Below are positions 1 through 10,924 of a DNA stretch of 32,000 bases, piece after piece; position 1 is the first letter of the stretch; the number at the start of each line of letters is the position of its first letter. The stretch lies in contig JBDXCG010000004.1 of assembly GCA_039980455.1 (NCBI GenBank), positions 431,335 to 463,334 on the forward strand, in the 5' to 3' direction. The DNA is from Halioglobus sp. (GTDB lineage Bacteria; Pseudomonadota; Gammaproteobacteria; Pseudomonadales; Halieaceae). Made by a program: the position numbers and the translations under genes. The notes beneath the pieces were generated by a model. The model did not search any database and was not told where the DNA came from. It worked only from the letters and a program-made list of their open reading frames with translations.

Positions 1-1968
<1,968 letters not shown>

Positions 1969-1982
1969 TCATGTTCGTCAGC

Positions 1983-3071
1983 CTAGGCCGAGAACGCTGT
2001 TATTTTGCCATGTTCCACGTGGAACATCGTCAATGGTCTGGCTTCACCCGCAGGCCAAACATTAGTAATTTCATCCGCTTGTACGCTGGTAATGAATACC
2101 TGCGACCGCATCCCCGCCAGAAGCTCGCAGACCAGCCGACAATGGTCTGAGTCCAGTTCAGACGGCAGGTCATCAACCAGATAACTACACGGCTGCGAAG
2201 CGCGCTTATCCTCTAACGCTTGCCCCTGTGCCAGCTTAAGCGCACAAACCACCAGCTTCTGCTGTCCACGAGACAGCGTGTCTGCTGCGCTGTATCCGTT
2301 GATCAATACACGCAAATCACACCGTTGCGGGCCCACATGGGTATAGCCATGCTCCACATCAGATTTGTGACTTTGAGTCAGCGCCTCTGCGTAGGTCAGG
2401 GACTTGTCCCACCCCCGACGGTACCTTATCTCAAGGCCTTCCAGCTCGGGAGCCAATGCCTCCAATACCGCATGAAAGCGGGGCACCAGTTGCGAAAAGT
2501 AGGCCTCTCGATACTGATGAATGGCATCTCCCGCCTCGGCCAGGTCATTGCTCCACACTAACAACTCAGACTCAGATATTTTATCACGTCGTAGGATTTT
2601 GTTTCTCTGTTTTATGCCGCGCTGAAAGCGCCGCCAAGACGGATAAAATCGATGTTCCACGTGGAACACACCCCAATCCAAATATTGCCGTCTCGCGCGG
2701 GGGGAGCCTACCAATAAGTCAAAGCTATCTGCGTTGATCACCTGAAGCGGCAAATGTCCTACCAGGTCTGTCACAGAAGAGGCCTGTTTCCCCGCTACCT
2801 TAATCTGGCTCTCGCCGGTAGACAGGCGTCTGACGCCCAGGGACACAGCGCCTTGGCCAAACACTGTGCACTGCGGCTTTCCATGAGTGATTAATGCCTT
2901 GGCGGAACTGCCACGAAAGCTTCTGCCGAGCCCGAGAATATGGATAGCCTCGAGAACACTGGTTTTGCCGCTCCCATTGTGACCGCTGAACACGTTGATT
3001 TCGCCGAGGTCCTGCAGCCTGATTTCCTGCAGGTTTCGAACATTATGAATGTGTAGTTGCGTCAGAGACAT
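1983..3071 (-). CDS. recF: DNA replication and repair protein RecF
   Basis: The 362-aa ORF starts MSLTQLHIHNVRNL, has the Walker A motif GHNGSGKTSVLEAI and the signature LSRGQQKLVVCALKLAQ. It sits in the conserved dnaA-dnaN-recF-gyrB order. Confidence 0.95.
   Translation of the reverse strand: MSLTQLHIHNVRNLQEIRLQDLGEINVFSGHNGSGKTSVLEAIHILGLGRSFRGSSAKALITHGKPQCTVFGQGAVSLGVRRLSTGESQIKVAGKQASSVTDLVGHLPLQVINADSFDLLVGSPRARRQYLDWGVFHVEHRFYPSWRRFQRGIKQRNKILRRDKISESELLVWSNDLAEAGDAIHQYREAYFSQLVPRFHAVLEALAPELEGLEIRYRRGWDKSLTYAEALTQSHKSDVEHGYTHVGPQRCDLRVLINGYSAADTLSRGQQKLVVCALKLAQGQALEDKRASQPCSYLVDDLPSELDSDHCRLVCELLAGMRSQVFITSVQADEITNVWPAGEARPLTMFHVEHGKITAFSA
2011..2026. promoter_or_regulatory. parS: parS centromere-like site (perfect 16-bp palindrome TGTTCCACGTGGAACA), copy 1, inside the recF 3' end
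   Basis: The sequence is an exact 16-bp palindrome. It is identical to the Pseudomonas-type parS consensus and differs at one position from the Bacillus consensus TGTTNCACGTGAAACA. parA-parB are encoded in the same window. Confidence 0.8.
2653..2668. promoter_or_regulatory. parS: parS centromere-like site (perfect TGTTCCACGTGGAACA), copy 2, inside recF
   Basis: This is a second exact copy of the same 16-mer, 642 bp from the first. Confidence 0.8.
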
Positions 3072-3161
3072 CTGCTCGCTAGCGCGTTGCGCAATTGCTT
3101 GTGCTTGAGCACCCTGTCACGCGCAGGCCAGAGCCCGCGCGGAAACCGGTTTTAATGGCGA

Positions 3162-4265
3162 TCAGAGGCGCATTGGCATGACGACGTACAACGAGTCGCC
3201 GCCATCTGATTCTTCCAGAAGGGCGCTGCTGTTGGGGTCAGACAGCGAGAGGCGTACTTCCTCGCCACTAAGAACGCCCAATACGTCCAACAAATAGCCT
3301 ACATTGAAGCCTATTTCGAGGCTATCGCCTTCGTACTGAACAGTCACCACTTCCTCTGCCTCTTCCTGCTCAGGGTTGTTCGCGACAATGTCCAGGCTAC
3401 CTGTAGTCAGTTTAAGACGAACGCCGCGATATTTCTCGTTGGACAAGATGGCCGTACGGGCAAACGCCTGCCTGAGGTCCAGGCGAGAGCCTACAACAGA
3501 CTTATCTGGGGCGCGCGGCAATACCCGCTCATAATCCGGGAACTTGCCATCTACAAGCTTGGAGGTAAACGTAAAGTCGTTAGTTGTAGCGCGAGCGTGG
3601 TTGCTACCGATAACAACGACTATGTCCTCGTCATCTTCCAAAAGCAGGCGGTTGAGCTCCAAAACACCCTTACGAGGCAGAATAACCTGCGTGTCGCCGC
3701 CCACATCGACCGGTGAGGGTAACGTACACATGGCCAATCGGTGACCATCTGTAGCCACTACCCGCAGCTGATTGCCTTTCAGCTCCAGCAACATCCCGTT
3801 GAGGTAGTAGCGCACATCCTGCTGAGCCATTGCAAAGCCGGTGCGGTCAATCAACCGCTTCAGCTCTCCCTGCTTTATCGTAAACTGGTGTGTACCCATG
3901 CTGTCTTCGACAGAGGGGAACTCCCTTGCTGGCAATGTCGCCAATGTAAACCTGCTGCGGCCAGACTTTACTTTTACCTTTCCGTCTACTGCAGCAAACT
4001 CGATATCACTCCCTTCGGGTAGCGATTTACAGATATCGACCAATTTACGCGCTGGCACGGTGACCTCACCTGAATCACCCGCCGATGCAAGCTGAACGCG
4101 GCCCAGCAGCTCAACCTCCAGGTCCGTACCGGTCAATGACAAACGATCACCATCGAGCACCATCAACACGTTAGCGAGAATGGGCAGTGTCTGCCTTCGT
4201 TCTACCACGCCGGCAACTAGGTTCAGAGGTTTGAGTAATGCTTCCCTTGATATAGCGAACTTCAT
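3162..4265 (-). CDS. dnaN: DNA polymerase III beta sliding clamp
   Basis: The 367-aa ORF reads MKFAISREALLKPLNLVAGVVERRQTLPILANVLM and ends LYVVMPMRL, both typical of DnaN. It lies directly downstream of dnaA. Confidence 0.97.
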   Translation of the reverse strand: MKFAISREALLKPLNLVAGVVERRQTLPILANVLMVLDGDRLSLTGTDLEVELLGRVQLASAGDSGEVTVPARKLVDICKSLPEGSDIEFAAVDGKVKVKSGRSRFTLATLPAREFPSVEDSMGTHQFTIKQGELKRLIDRTGFAMAQQDVRYYLNGMLLELKGNQLRVVATDGHRLAMCTLPSPVDVGGDTQVILPRKGVLELNRLLLEDDEDIVVVIGSNHARATTNDFTFTSKLVDGKFPDYERVLPRAPDKSVVGSRLDLRQAFARTAILSNEKYRGVRLKLTTGSLDIVANNPEQEEAEEVVTVQYEGDSLEIGFNVGYLLDVLGVLSGEEVRLSLSDPNSSALLEESDGGDSLYVVMPMRL

Positions 4266-4353
4266 AAGGGGGTTTTTCCTTTTAAATCAATTAGTTATAG
4301 CAAAATGAGTCTATATGTACTGGGTAGAAACACGCTAGCGCGGCTCACCAAGT

Positions 4354-5904
4354 CTACGTCGTTAACGATCTAAGCAAATTTTTATAATCTTCTCGCATAT
4401 CGGAGCTAGTTTCACGAAGTTCCTTGATTTTACGACATGCGTGAAGAACTGTCGTGTGATCTCTACCCCCAAAGCTGTCACCAATTTCTGGCAGGCTGTG
4501 GTTCGTCAGCTCTTTGGCCAATGCCATCGCTACCTGACGTGGCCTGGCTACAGAACGGCTTCGTCTGCGCGACATAAGATCGGCAACCTTTATCTTAAAG
4601 TACTCTGCTACCGTACGCTGAATATTGTCGAGGCTGACCTGCTTATCCTGCAGCGCAAGCAGGTCTTTTAGGCTCTCCTTGATCAGGTCGATATCTATTG
4701 GCCTGGACGTGAAGTGAGCGCTAGCTATCACCCGCTTAAGCGCTCCCTCTAGCTCCCGCACGTTCGATCGTACGCGCTGCGCAATAAAGAATGCGGCGTC
4801 GGGTGGTAAATCTATCCGCGCCTGCGTCGCCTTTTTCATCAAAATCGCTACCCGGGTTTCGAGTTCCGGCGGCTCTACAGCAACTGTTAGCCCCCAGCCA
4901 AATCGCGACTTCAGCCGCTCTTCAAGGCCGTCGATCTCCTTAGGGTAACGGTCACAGGTGAGGATCATTTGCTGCCCCCCCTCTAACAATGCATTAAACG
5001 TGTGAAAAAACTCTTCCTGGGACCTGTCTTTCTTAGCAAAGAATTGAATATCGTCGATTAAAAGGGCGTCAACGGTGCGATAAAAGCGCTTAAAATCGCT
5101 TATCGCGTTCAATTGAAGCGCTTTAACCATATCCGCAACAAATCGCTCGGAGTGCAAATAGACAACCTTGGCGTTGGGTTTGTTAAGCCTCAACGCGTTA
5201 CCAACCGCATGCATCAAATGGGTCTTACCCAACCCGACACCGCCATACAAAAATAGCGGGTTATAGGAATCACCAGGATTCTCCGCCACTTGGTGCGCTG
5301 CGGCCAATGCCAGTTGGTTGGACTTACCCTCGACAAAGCTATCAAAGGTATAGCTCTCTACAAGGTTATGTTGATGTGACGGCGTATTCCCGGGGCTCTC
5401 GGTAACCTGCGGTACAGGTGGTCGGCCATGCTGAATAGCAGCATCGTTGGCAAACCCTACCGTTGTGCGCTGCACCGATGCATTGTTTACAGTCGAAACC
5501 AAACTAGAGTTACGCTGAGGATTATGTACAGCGCTGCCATCAGGGCTCGTGCGCTGATAACTGGAGCGGTCAACGGCTAAACCCGAAAGCGCAGGGGCCA
5601 TGGCAGTATCTGTCTGGCCTGGGTAGCTATCGCTGGAGCTGGCGTTACCTGATTGGGCCGCGGCACTCCCGATTTCCAATATTAACTGCGTATCTTGCCC
5701 GCCTTGCTCTTCAACCAGTAACTCGGCAATTCGGCCGGCAAACTTGTCGGACACAAAGTCCTTTATAAAGCGGTTGGGCGCATAAAGCTTAAACGCACTC
5801 CCCTCGTGACGGGCGTGAAGAGGCTTTATCCACGTATTAAACTGCTGTGAAGGTAGTTCATCTTGCAATCGCGTTACACAACGCTGCCACATAATATCTG
5901 GCAA
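4354..5904 (-). CDS. dnaA: Chromosomal replication initiator protein DnaA
   Basis: The 516-aa ORF has an AAA+ Walker A ([13 protein letters not shown]) and the domain IV motif [25 protein letters not shown]. The start is a TTG (complement of 5902-5904) preceded by AGGGGA 5 nt upstream. An in-frame ATG four codons downstream (5892) is the alternative start. Confidence 0.96.
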   Translation of the reverse strand: MPDIMWQRCVTRLQDELPSQQFNTWIKPLHARHEGSAFKLYAPNRFIKDFVSDKFAGRIAELLVEEQGGQDTQLILEIGSAAAQSGNASSSDSYPGQTDTAMAPALSGLAVDRSSYQRTSPDGSAVHNPQRNSSLVSTVNNASVQRTTVGFANDAAIQHGRPPVPQVTESPGNTPSHQHNLVESYTFDSFVEGKSNQLALAAAHQVAENPGDSYNPLFLYGGVGLGKTHLMHAVGNALRLNKPNAKVVYLHSERFVADMVKALQLNAISDFKRFYRTVDALLIDDIQFFAKKDRSQEEFFHTFNALLEGGQQMILTCDRYPKEIDGLEERLKSRFGWGLTVAVEPPELETRVAILMKKATQARIDLPPDAAFFIAQRVRSNVRELEGALKRVIASAHFTSRPIDIDLIKESLKDLLALQDKQVSLDNIQRTVAEYFKIKVADLMSRRRSRSVARPRQVAMALAKELTNHSLPEIGDSFGGRDHTTVLHACRKIKELRETSSDMREDYKNLLRSLTT

Positions 5905-6027
5905 AGTAATCCCCTAAGGCTCGATATTTTGAATCAAAGCCAGTTTCTTATTCGCTATTAGATTAATGTATCTTTATCGCGCGCTTCCCACTGCACGAGG
6001 CGTCCAGCATACTCCCACTCTGGCGAG

Positions 6028-6036
6028 TTATCCACA
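6028..6036 (+). promoter_or_regulatory. Perfect DnaA box TTATCCACA upstream of dnaA
   Basis: This is an exact 9/9 match to the DnaA R-box consensus, 124 bp upstream of the dnaA start. The position is consistent with dnaA autoregulation or with a Pseudomonas-type origin. Confidence 0.7.
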
Positions 6037-6145
6037 CCTGAACAGAAATACTTAAGATTTTTTAAATACATATAATTCAACAAGTTAAGTGATTTTTGCC
6101 TATTTTATAAGCAACACCGTAAACATTTACTGTGTACGGTATTTG

Positions 6146-6166
6146 TGTGTATATCCTGTGTATATC
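6146..6166 (+). repeat. Two direct copies of TGTGTATATC spaced 11 bp apart (weak DnaA-box-like, 2 mismatches to TGTGGATAA)
   Basis: TGTGTATATC occurs at 6146-6155 and again at 6157-6166, one helical turn apart. The repeats lie next to an A+T-rich stretch at about 6050-6130. Confidence 0.4.
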
Positions 6167-6329
6167 TTTGGGGAAAGTTGTGAACTCATTGCGCAAATAC
6201 CGGTGGTTACTCGTCTTTAGTAAACTGACCGACCCCCGACAAAATGAGGTCGCTAACCCTGGCAGAGCCAGCACGCCAACGTGCAATTCAGAGAAAAACT
6301 CTCGCCTGGGAATATTCCCGAAAGGCGCA

Positions 6330-6358
6330 TTGAATTAGCGTGTTGTTTTCACTACAAT
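6330..6358 (+). promoter_or_regulatory. Sigma70-type promoter of rpmH-rnpA (TTGAAT-17 nt-TACAAT)
   Basis: The -35 TTGAAT is at 6330-6335, followed by an exact 17-nt spacer and the -10 TACAAT at 6353-6358. A GC-rich discriminator (ACGCGACC) follows. The element lies about 75 nt upstream of the rpmH ATG. Confidence 0.55.
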
Positions 6359-6431
6359 ACGCGACCTTTTTTGTGGCTGGCAGTGGGTTTCGATACTGCT
6401 GTTGCCAAAACACTTTAACTGGATAAATCAA

Positions 6432-6566
6432 ATGAAAAGAACATTTCAGCCCAGCGTCCTGAAACGCAAGCGTACTCACGGTTTCCGTTCACGTATGGCA
6501 ACCAAAGGTGGTCGTGCAGTTCTGAATCGCCGTCGTGCCAAGGGTCGCAAGAGCCTCGCAGCCTAA
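6432..6566 (+). CDS. rpmH: 50S ribosomal protein L34
   Basis: The ORF is below the track's size cut-off. Hand translation gives [44 protein letters not shown], a canonical L34, ending at TAA 6564-6566. Confidence 0.96.
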   Translation: MKRTFQPSVLKRKRTHGFRSRMATKGGRAVLNRRRAKGRKSLAA

Positions 6567-6585
6567 ACATTGAGCTCGCACTGCT

Positions 6586-6990
6586 ATGAACGGTGCGTCT
6601 CCAACCGCCGAGATCGGACACCGCTTCTGCGGGTCTCGGCGACTGCTCAATAAATCAGATTACAGTCGGGTCTTCGAGGGTGCACAGGTCAAAGCCTCAC
6701 ACCCCCAGCTTTTACTCCTTGCCAAGCAAAATCAAAGCGATACACACCGCTTAGGCTTGGTGATTGCTAAGAAAAACGTGAATCTGGCGGTTGAGCGGAA
6801 TCGCATAAAGCGTGTGACCAGAGAATTTTTCCGACAGCTAGACCACGAAGCACCTTTTCTTGACGTTGTTATGCTGGCCAGACGAAATATCGGTAGTTTG
6901 GAGAACAAAGAGCTATCCTCTATATTGCACCAGCAATGGCAGAAGATAGTACGAAAAGCCAATACCAATCAGGAACGCCGGGAACAGTGA
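6586..6990 (+). CDS. rnpA: Ribonuclease P protein component
   Basis: The 134-aa basic protein contains an RNR-type motif (AVERNRIKRVTRE) and lies immediately after rpmH, as is nearly universal. Confidence 0.9.
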   Translation: MNGASPTAEIGHRFCGSRRLLNKSDYSRVFEGAQVKASHPQLLLLAKQNQSDTHRLGLVIAKKNVNLAVERNRIKRVTREFFRQLDHEAPFLDVVMLARRNIGSLENKELSSILHQQWQKIVRKANTNQERREQ

Positions 6991-7217
6991 TGCGTCGTTT
7001 TTTTATCGCTTTGATTCATGTGTATCGGCTATGCCTGAGCCCTTGGCTTGGCAATCACTGTCGCTTCTACCCCAGTTGCTCCAGCTATGCAGAAGAAGCA
7101 ATTAGCACTCACGGTGCTTTCAAGGGGGTTTGGCTAACGATCAAGCGACTCGGGCGTTGTCATCCCTGGCACGAGGGCGGTCTCGATCCTGTGCCACCCT
7201 GCACTCACTCTCACTGA
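6990..7217 (+). CDS. yidD: Membrane protein insertion efficiency factor YidD
   Basis: The sequence MRRFFIALIHVYRLCLSPWLGNHCRFYPSCSSYAEEAISTHGAFKGVWLTIKRLGRCHPWHEGGLDPVP matches the YidD family. I trimmed the track ORF (6936) to the ATG that overlaps the rnpA stop by 1 nt (GTGATG). Confidence 0.85.
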   Translation: MRRFFIALIHVYRLCLSPWLGNHCRFYPSCSSYAEEAISTHGAFKGVWLTIKRLGRCHPWHEGGLDPVPPCTHSH

Positions 7218-7231
7218 ATTTTAGACTCATT

Positions 7232-8950
7232 ATGGATTTTCAACGTTCGTTGCTCATCGGTGCCATTGCGGTTCTGTCTTTCATGTTGCTCACCGAGTGG
7301 GTTTCCTTCAAAGACGAAAGAACAGCAGAGGCCACACCAGCCTCTGCACGCCTGACTTCACAAATACAAGGAAGCTCAGAAGCCGCAAAAACGGTGCAGA
7401 CATCTCCTTCGACAATCGACGCGGAGATGGATGACGAGATCCCCACTGCGATCGATAGCCCCGCCGCTCAGGCCGCGGTCAATGAACCGTCAGACTTTGT
7501 AGCTGGGTCGGGCGATATTGTAAGCGTTTACACCGATTCTCTTCAGGTCGCGATCGATCTTGATGGTGGCGATATCGTGGAATTGGCTCTTCCTGGTTTT
7601 CTGGAGAAGCTGGATACGCCAGACGTGCCGTTTGTACTGCTAGAAAACAATGCCGAGCGCGTCTATATCGCACAAAGTGGACTGATAGGGCCCAACGGTA
7701 TCGACAGTAATGGCCGAGCTCAATTTTCTGCAAACGCAAAAACTTATGAATTAGCAGACGGAGCAGATACCCTCGTCGTAGAGTTAACTGCAAAGGATAC
7801 GCCAGGGGCCAAAGTCATCAAGCGGTATACCTTCACTCGGGGAAACTACCTGATAGAAGTGGATTACCTGGTGGAAAATACGGGTAGCGCTCGCTGGCAA
7901 GCCAACCTATTCGGGCAGATCAAACGCGATTCCAGCGCTCCTCCATCGTCAGATAGTTCAGGCATGGGTATGCAGCCGTTCCTGGGCGCCGCTATCACTC
8001 AACCCGATGAGCGTTTTACCAAATTTTCCTTCGAAGATATGGCAGAAGAGCCTTTCAAAGCACAATTACCGGGCGGATGGATCGCGATGATCCAACACTA
8101 CTTTTTGGGCGCCTGGATACCCGCACCAGATCAAAGTCATACGTATAGCACTAGAGTCACACGCGGCGGCTACAACATTGCTGGCTTCACCAGTCCGGCA
8201 AAAGGCATAGACCCCGGGCAATCAGGGCAATTCAGTGCCAAGTTCTACGCAGGGCCCAAAGATCAGTACCGTCTTGAAAAGATCTCACCCTATCTTGATC
8301 TGAGTGTGGACTATGGATGGCTATGGTGGATCGCTCAACCGCTGTTCTGGTTGCTCACCAAGATCTACGCATTAGTAGGCAACTGGGGTTTCGCTATTAT
8401 CTTGCTCACGGTAGTAATCAAGGCGGCATTCTTTAAGCTCTCTGCCACCAGCTACAAATCTATGGCTAACATGCGCCGCGTGCAGCCAAAGATGCAGGAT
8501 ATTCGCGAGCAGTATTCTGAGGACAAGCAGAAACAGTCCCAGGCCATGATGGAGTTATACAAGAAGGAAAAGATCAACCCTATGGGTGGATGTCTGCCTA
8601 TTCTTGTGCAAATGCCCGTCTTTATTGCGCTGTATTGGGTGTTAATGGAAAGCGTCGAGCTACGACACGCTCCCTTTATTCTATGGATACATGACCTGTC
8701 AGTGATGGATCCCTATTTCGTACTTCCGCTGATGATGGGCGCAAGTATGTGGTTTATGCAAAAACTGAATCCTCCACCACCGGATCCCATGCAGGCTAAA
8801 ATCATGCAGTGGATGCCGGTCATGTTTACGTTTTTCTTCCTGTGGTTCCCAGCCGGACTCGTTCTGTATTGGGTAGTAAACAATCTGCTCTCTATGACAC
8901 AGCAATACGTCATCACTCGCCAGATCGAGAACGCAGCAGCCGCTCAATGA
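7232..8950 (+). CDS. yidC: Membrane protein insertase YidC
   Basis: The protein starts MDFQRSLLIGAIAVLSFMLLTEW (N-terminal TM), has a large periplasmic domain and a conserved C-terminal core (GGCLPILVQMPVFIALYWVL, LVLYWVVNNLLSMTQQ). The track ORF start at 7130 was rejected as an extension that overlaps yidD. Confidence 0.95.
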   Translation: MDFQRSLLIGAIAVLSFMLLTEWVSFKDERTAEATPASARLTSQIQGSSEAAKTVQTSPSTIDAEMDDEIPTAIDSPAAQAAVNEPSDFVAGSGDIVSVYTDSLQVAIDLDGGDIVELALPGFLEKLDTPDVPFVLLENNAERVYIAQSGLIGPNGIDSNGRAQFSANAKTYELADGADTLVVELTAKDTPGAKVIKRYTFTRGNYLIEVDYLVENTGSARWQANLFGQIKRDSSAPPSSDSSGMGMQPFLGAAITQPDERFTKFSFEDMAEEPFKAQLPGGWIAMIQHYFLGAWIPAPDQSHTYSTRVTRGGYNIAGFTSPAKGIDPGQSGQFSAKFYAGPKDQYRLEKISPYLDLSVDYGWLWWIAQPLFWLLTKIYALVGNWGFAIILLTVVIKAAFFKLSATSYKSMANMRRVQPKMQDIREQYSEDKQKQSQAMMELYKKEKINPMGGCLPILVQMPVFIALYWVLMESVELRHAPFILWIHDLSVMDPYFVLPLMMGASMWFMQKLNPPPPDPMQAKIMQWMPVMFTFFFLWFPAGLVLYWVVNNLLSMTQQYVITRQIENAAAAQ

Positions 8951-8964
8951 GCCACCAAATAGAT

Positions 8965-8985
8965 AGCGCCGGTACAATCGGCGCT
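8965..8985 (+). terminator. Hairpin AGCGCCG-GTACAAT-CGGCGCT between yidC and mnmE (weak terminator or attenuator)
   Basis: It has a perfect 7-bp GC-rich stem and a 7-nt loop, but only a short GTTCT tail rather than a U-tract. The function is uncertain. Confidence 0.3.
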
Positions 8986-9001
8986 GTTCTATACTCTAGC
9001 G

Positions 9002-10378
9002 ATGACACATCCCCACCCTCAACCTGAAGACACAATTGCCGCCATTGCGACCGCACCGGGTCGTGGCGGTGTGGGCATTATTCGTCTCTCGGGTCGTCAC
9101 GCGCTTACCATAGGGGAAGCCATCACAAGGCGAACTCTCTCGCCACGTTACGCCCATTACTGCGACTTTAAGGACGAACTCAGTAGCACTTTAGATAGCG
9201 GCATCGCCCTGTATTTTCCTGCACCACATTCATTCACCGGTGAAGATGTGGTCGAGCTGCAGGCACATGGCGGCCCAGTCATTCTGGATCTGATTCTCAA
9301 AACAGTATTCACCCATCAGTGCCGACCAGCCAGGCCTGGAGAATTTTCTGAACGCGCCTTTCTCAATGACAAACTGGACCTGACTCAGGCTGAGGCCATT
9401 GCTGACCTGATTAACAGCACGACAGAGGCATCGGCTCGCAACGCTACAGCTTCTTTACAAGGTGCATTCTCTCGAGAGATTCACCAACTGGTTGATGCCG
9501 TTATCGCACTTCGCGTCTACGTTGAAGCCGCGATTGATTTTCCTGAAGAGGAAATCGACTTTTTGGCTGACGGAAAAGTGTTAAACCAACTAGACGCGCT
9601 TTTGGCACAGGTGGATACAATCTACCGCGAAGCGCGCCAGGGAACATTAGTACAAGAAGGTATGAAGCTGGTAATCGCCGGGAAACCCAATGCCGGGAAA
9701 TCAAGCCTGCTTAACCAACTGGCTGGCCAGGAAAGCGCGATTGTCACACCTATCGAGGGCACTACGAGAGATGTACTACGCGAGCATATTCAGATTGATG
9801 GCATGCCTCTGCACATAGTTGATACCGCCGGCTTACGTGAAAGTGCCGATGTGGTTGAACGCGAAGGTATTCGTCGAGCGTGGCAGGAAATGGAAACCGC
9901 AGATCGGATTTTGCTCGTGATTGACGCTGTGTCATCAGACGCAGGATTATCACCACACTCTTTATGGCCCGAGCTCGCCAACACCGCACTTGCGCACATT
10001 CCCGTTACTCTGATCCTCAACAAATGTGATCTCGTACCAGACAAGCTACAGGTAGCCTCATCATCAGATGACAGTGTCGCTTTGTCCGCCAAAACCGGGG
10101 AGGGTATTGATGCGCTGCGAGAACACTTGAAGCAATGCATGGGTTACAACGAGGCCAGTGCAGGAAAGTTTAGCGCTAGACGGCGGCATCTTGTGTCCAT
10201 AGAAAAAGCTCGCTCTGCCATGGAGGTGGGAAGAGCACAATTGCTAGACAGCAGCGCAGGAGAATTGTTAGCCGAAGATCTTAGGGTATGTCAGGAAGCA
10301 CTGGGAGAAATAACAGGTACATTTTCAAGTGATGACCTTTTAGGCGAGATTTTCTCCAGCTTCTGCATCGGCAAGTAA
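9002..10378 (+). CDS. mnmE: tRNA modification GTPase MnmE (TrmE/ThdF)
   Basis: The 458-aa ORF has the G-domain motifs [12 protein letters not shown] and DTAGLR and the C-terminal FCIGK signature. Confidence 0.95.
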   Translation: MTHPHPQPEDTIAAIATAPGRGGVGIIRLSGRHALTIGEAITRRTLSPRYAHYCDFKDELSSTLDSGIALYFPAPHSFTGEDVVELQAHGGPVILDLILKTVFTHQCRPARPGEFSERAFLNDKLDLTQAEAIADLINSTTEASARNATASLQGAFSREIHQLVDAVIALRVYVEAAIDFPEEEIDFLADGKVLNQLDALLAQVDTIYREARQGTLVQEGMKLVIAGKPNAGKSSLLNQLAGQESAIVTPIEGTTRDVLREHIQIDGMPLHIVDTAGLRESADVVEREGIRRAWQEMETADRILLVIDAVSSDAGLSPHSLWPELANTALAHIPVTLILNKCDLVPDKLQVASSSDDSVALSAKTGEGIDALREHLKQCMGYNEASAGKFSARRRHLVSIEKARSAMEVGRAQLLDSSAGELLAEDLRVCQEALGEITGTFSSDDLLGEIFSSFCIGK

Positions 10379-10730
10379 TCGTACACAGTTTACCCGTTGC
10401 CATACGCAGCGGAACTACACAGCTTATCTACAGTATTAGAACTATCCACACGCTATTCACAGAAGATAAACAGCTCCTAAAGATCACTCAGGCAAATACG
10501 GCGGTGTTGACGAAGCTTACTGTCTAAAATCAACTGAACTGGGGATAGGGTGATGAAAAGCAGGTGTATAAGTAGGAAGAAGAAAAGCTGTTAGATTTAG
10601 CCCCCTTTTTATGCACGGGCTACCCACGGTTTTCACAAGCTGGTTTCAGCGTTTACCTACGTGGATATACTTGCAATAAGCCATTGTTTCTAAATACAAA
10701 AATAGGGTTATGCACCGAAAACCGTGCCTC

Positions 10731-10800
10731 TAATAATTATAACTATAACTCTATATATCTACTTATCTATATATATCTAATAATAAGATTAAGAATAATA
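10731..10800. other. A+T-rich block, candidate DNA-unwinding element
   Basis: I counted 61 of 70 nt as A/T. The block contains short internal repeats (ATAACTATAACT, CTATATATCT / CTATATATATCT). It begins with in-phase TAA TAA TTA TAA CTA TAA immediately after the GC-rich CCGTGCCTC. Confidence 0.5.
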
Positions 10801-10823
10801 AGTGATCGCTAATAGCTGAAATT

Positions 10824-10852
10824 TTGATCACAAACACTTTGCCCCGTATACT
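10824..10852 (+). promoter_or_regulatory. Candidate mnmG (gidA) promoter TTGATC-17 nt-TATACT
   Basis: The -35 is at 10824-10829 and overlaps a GATC site. A 17-nt spacer and the -10 TATACT at 10847-10852 follow, then a GC-rich discriminator CGCGCTCC. The promoter fires away from the A+T-rich block. Confidence 0.5.
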
Positions 10853-10924
10853 CGCGCTCCCCAAAACAGGCATAGCGGTCAATACGCAACACTGACACAA
10901 TACCGCGACGCAGTAGGACAGACA

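Larger units (their letters stand above)
10379..10924. other. oriC: Candidate chromosomal replication origin (oriC) in the mnmE-mnmG spacer
   Basis: This is a 546-bp non-coding gap. It has a same-orientation DnaA-box cluster at 10424-10461 (TTATCTACA, CTATCCACA, CTATTCACA) and five more 2-mismatch boxes. It also has a 10-bp inverted repeat (10625-10634 / 10717-10726), an 87% A+T block and three GATC sites. Synteny with the Vibrio/E. coli gidA-adjacent oriC supports the call. Confidence 0.55.

Noticed and set aside
7130-7231. N-terminal extensions of track ORFs (yidC 7130, yidD 6936, atpH 17495, atpD 20617, glmU 23402, glmS 24759, periplasmic protein 27861)
   Set aside because: Each extension overlaps the upstream gene or adds non-conserved residues before a canonical family N-terminus. 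The internal ATG with a ribosome-binding site or coupling context was preferred.
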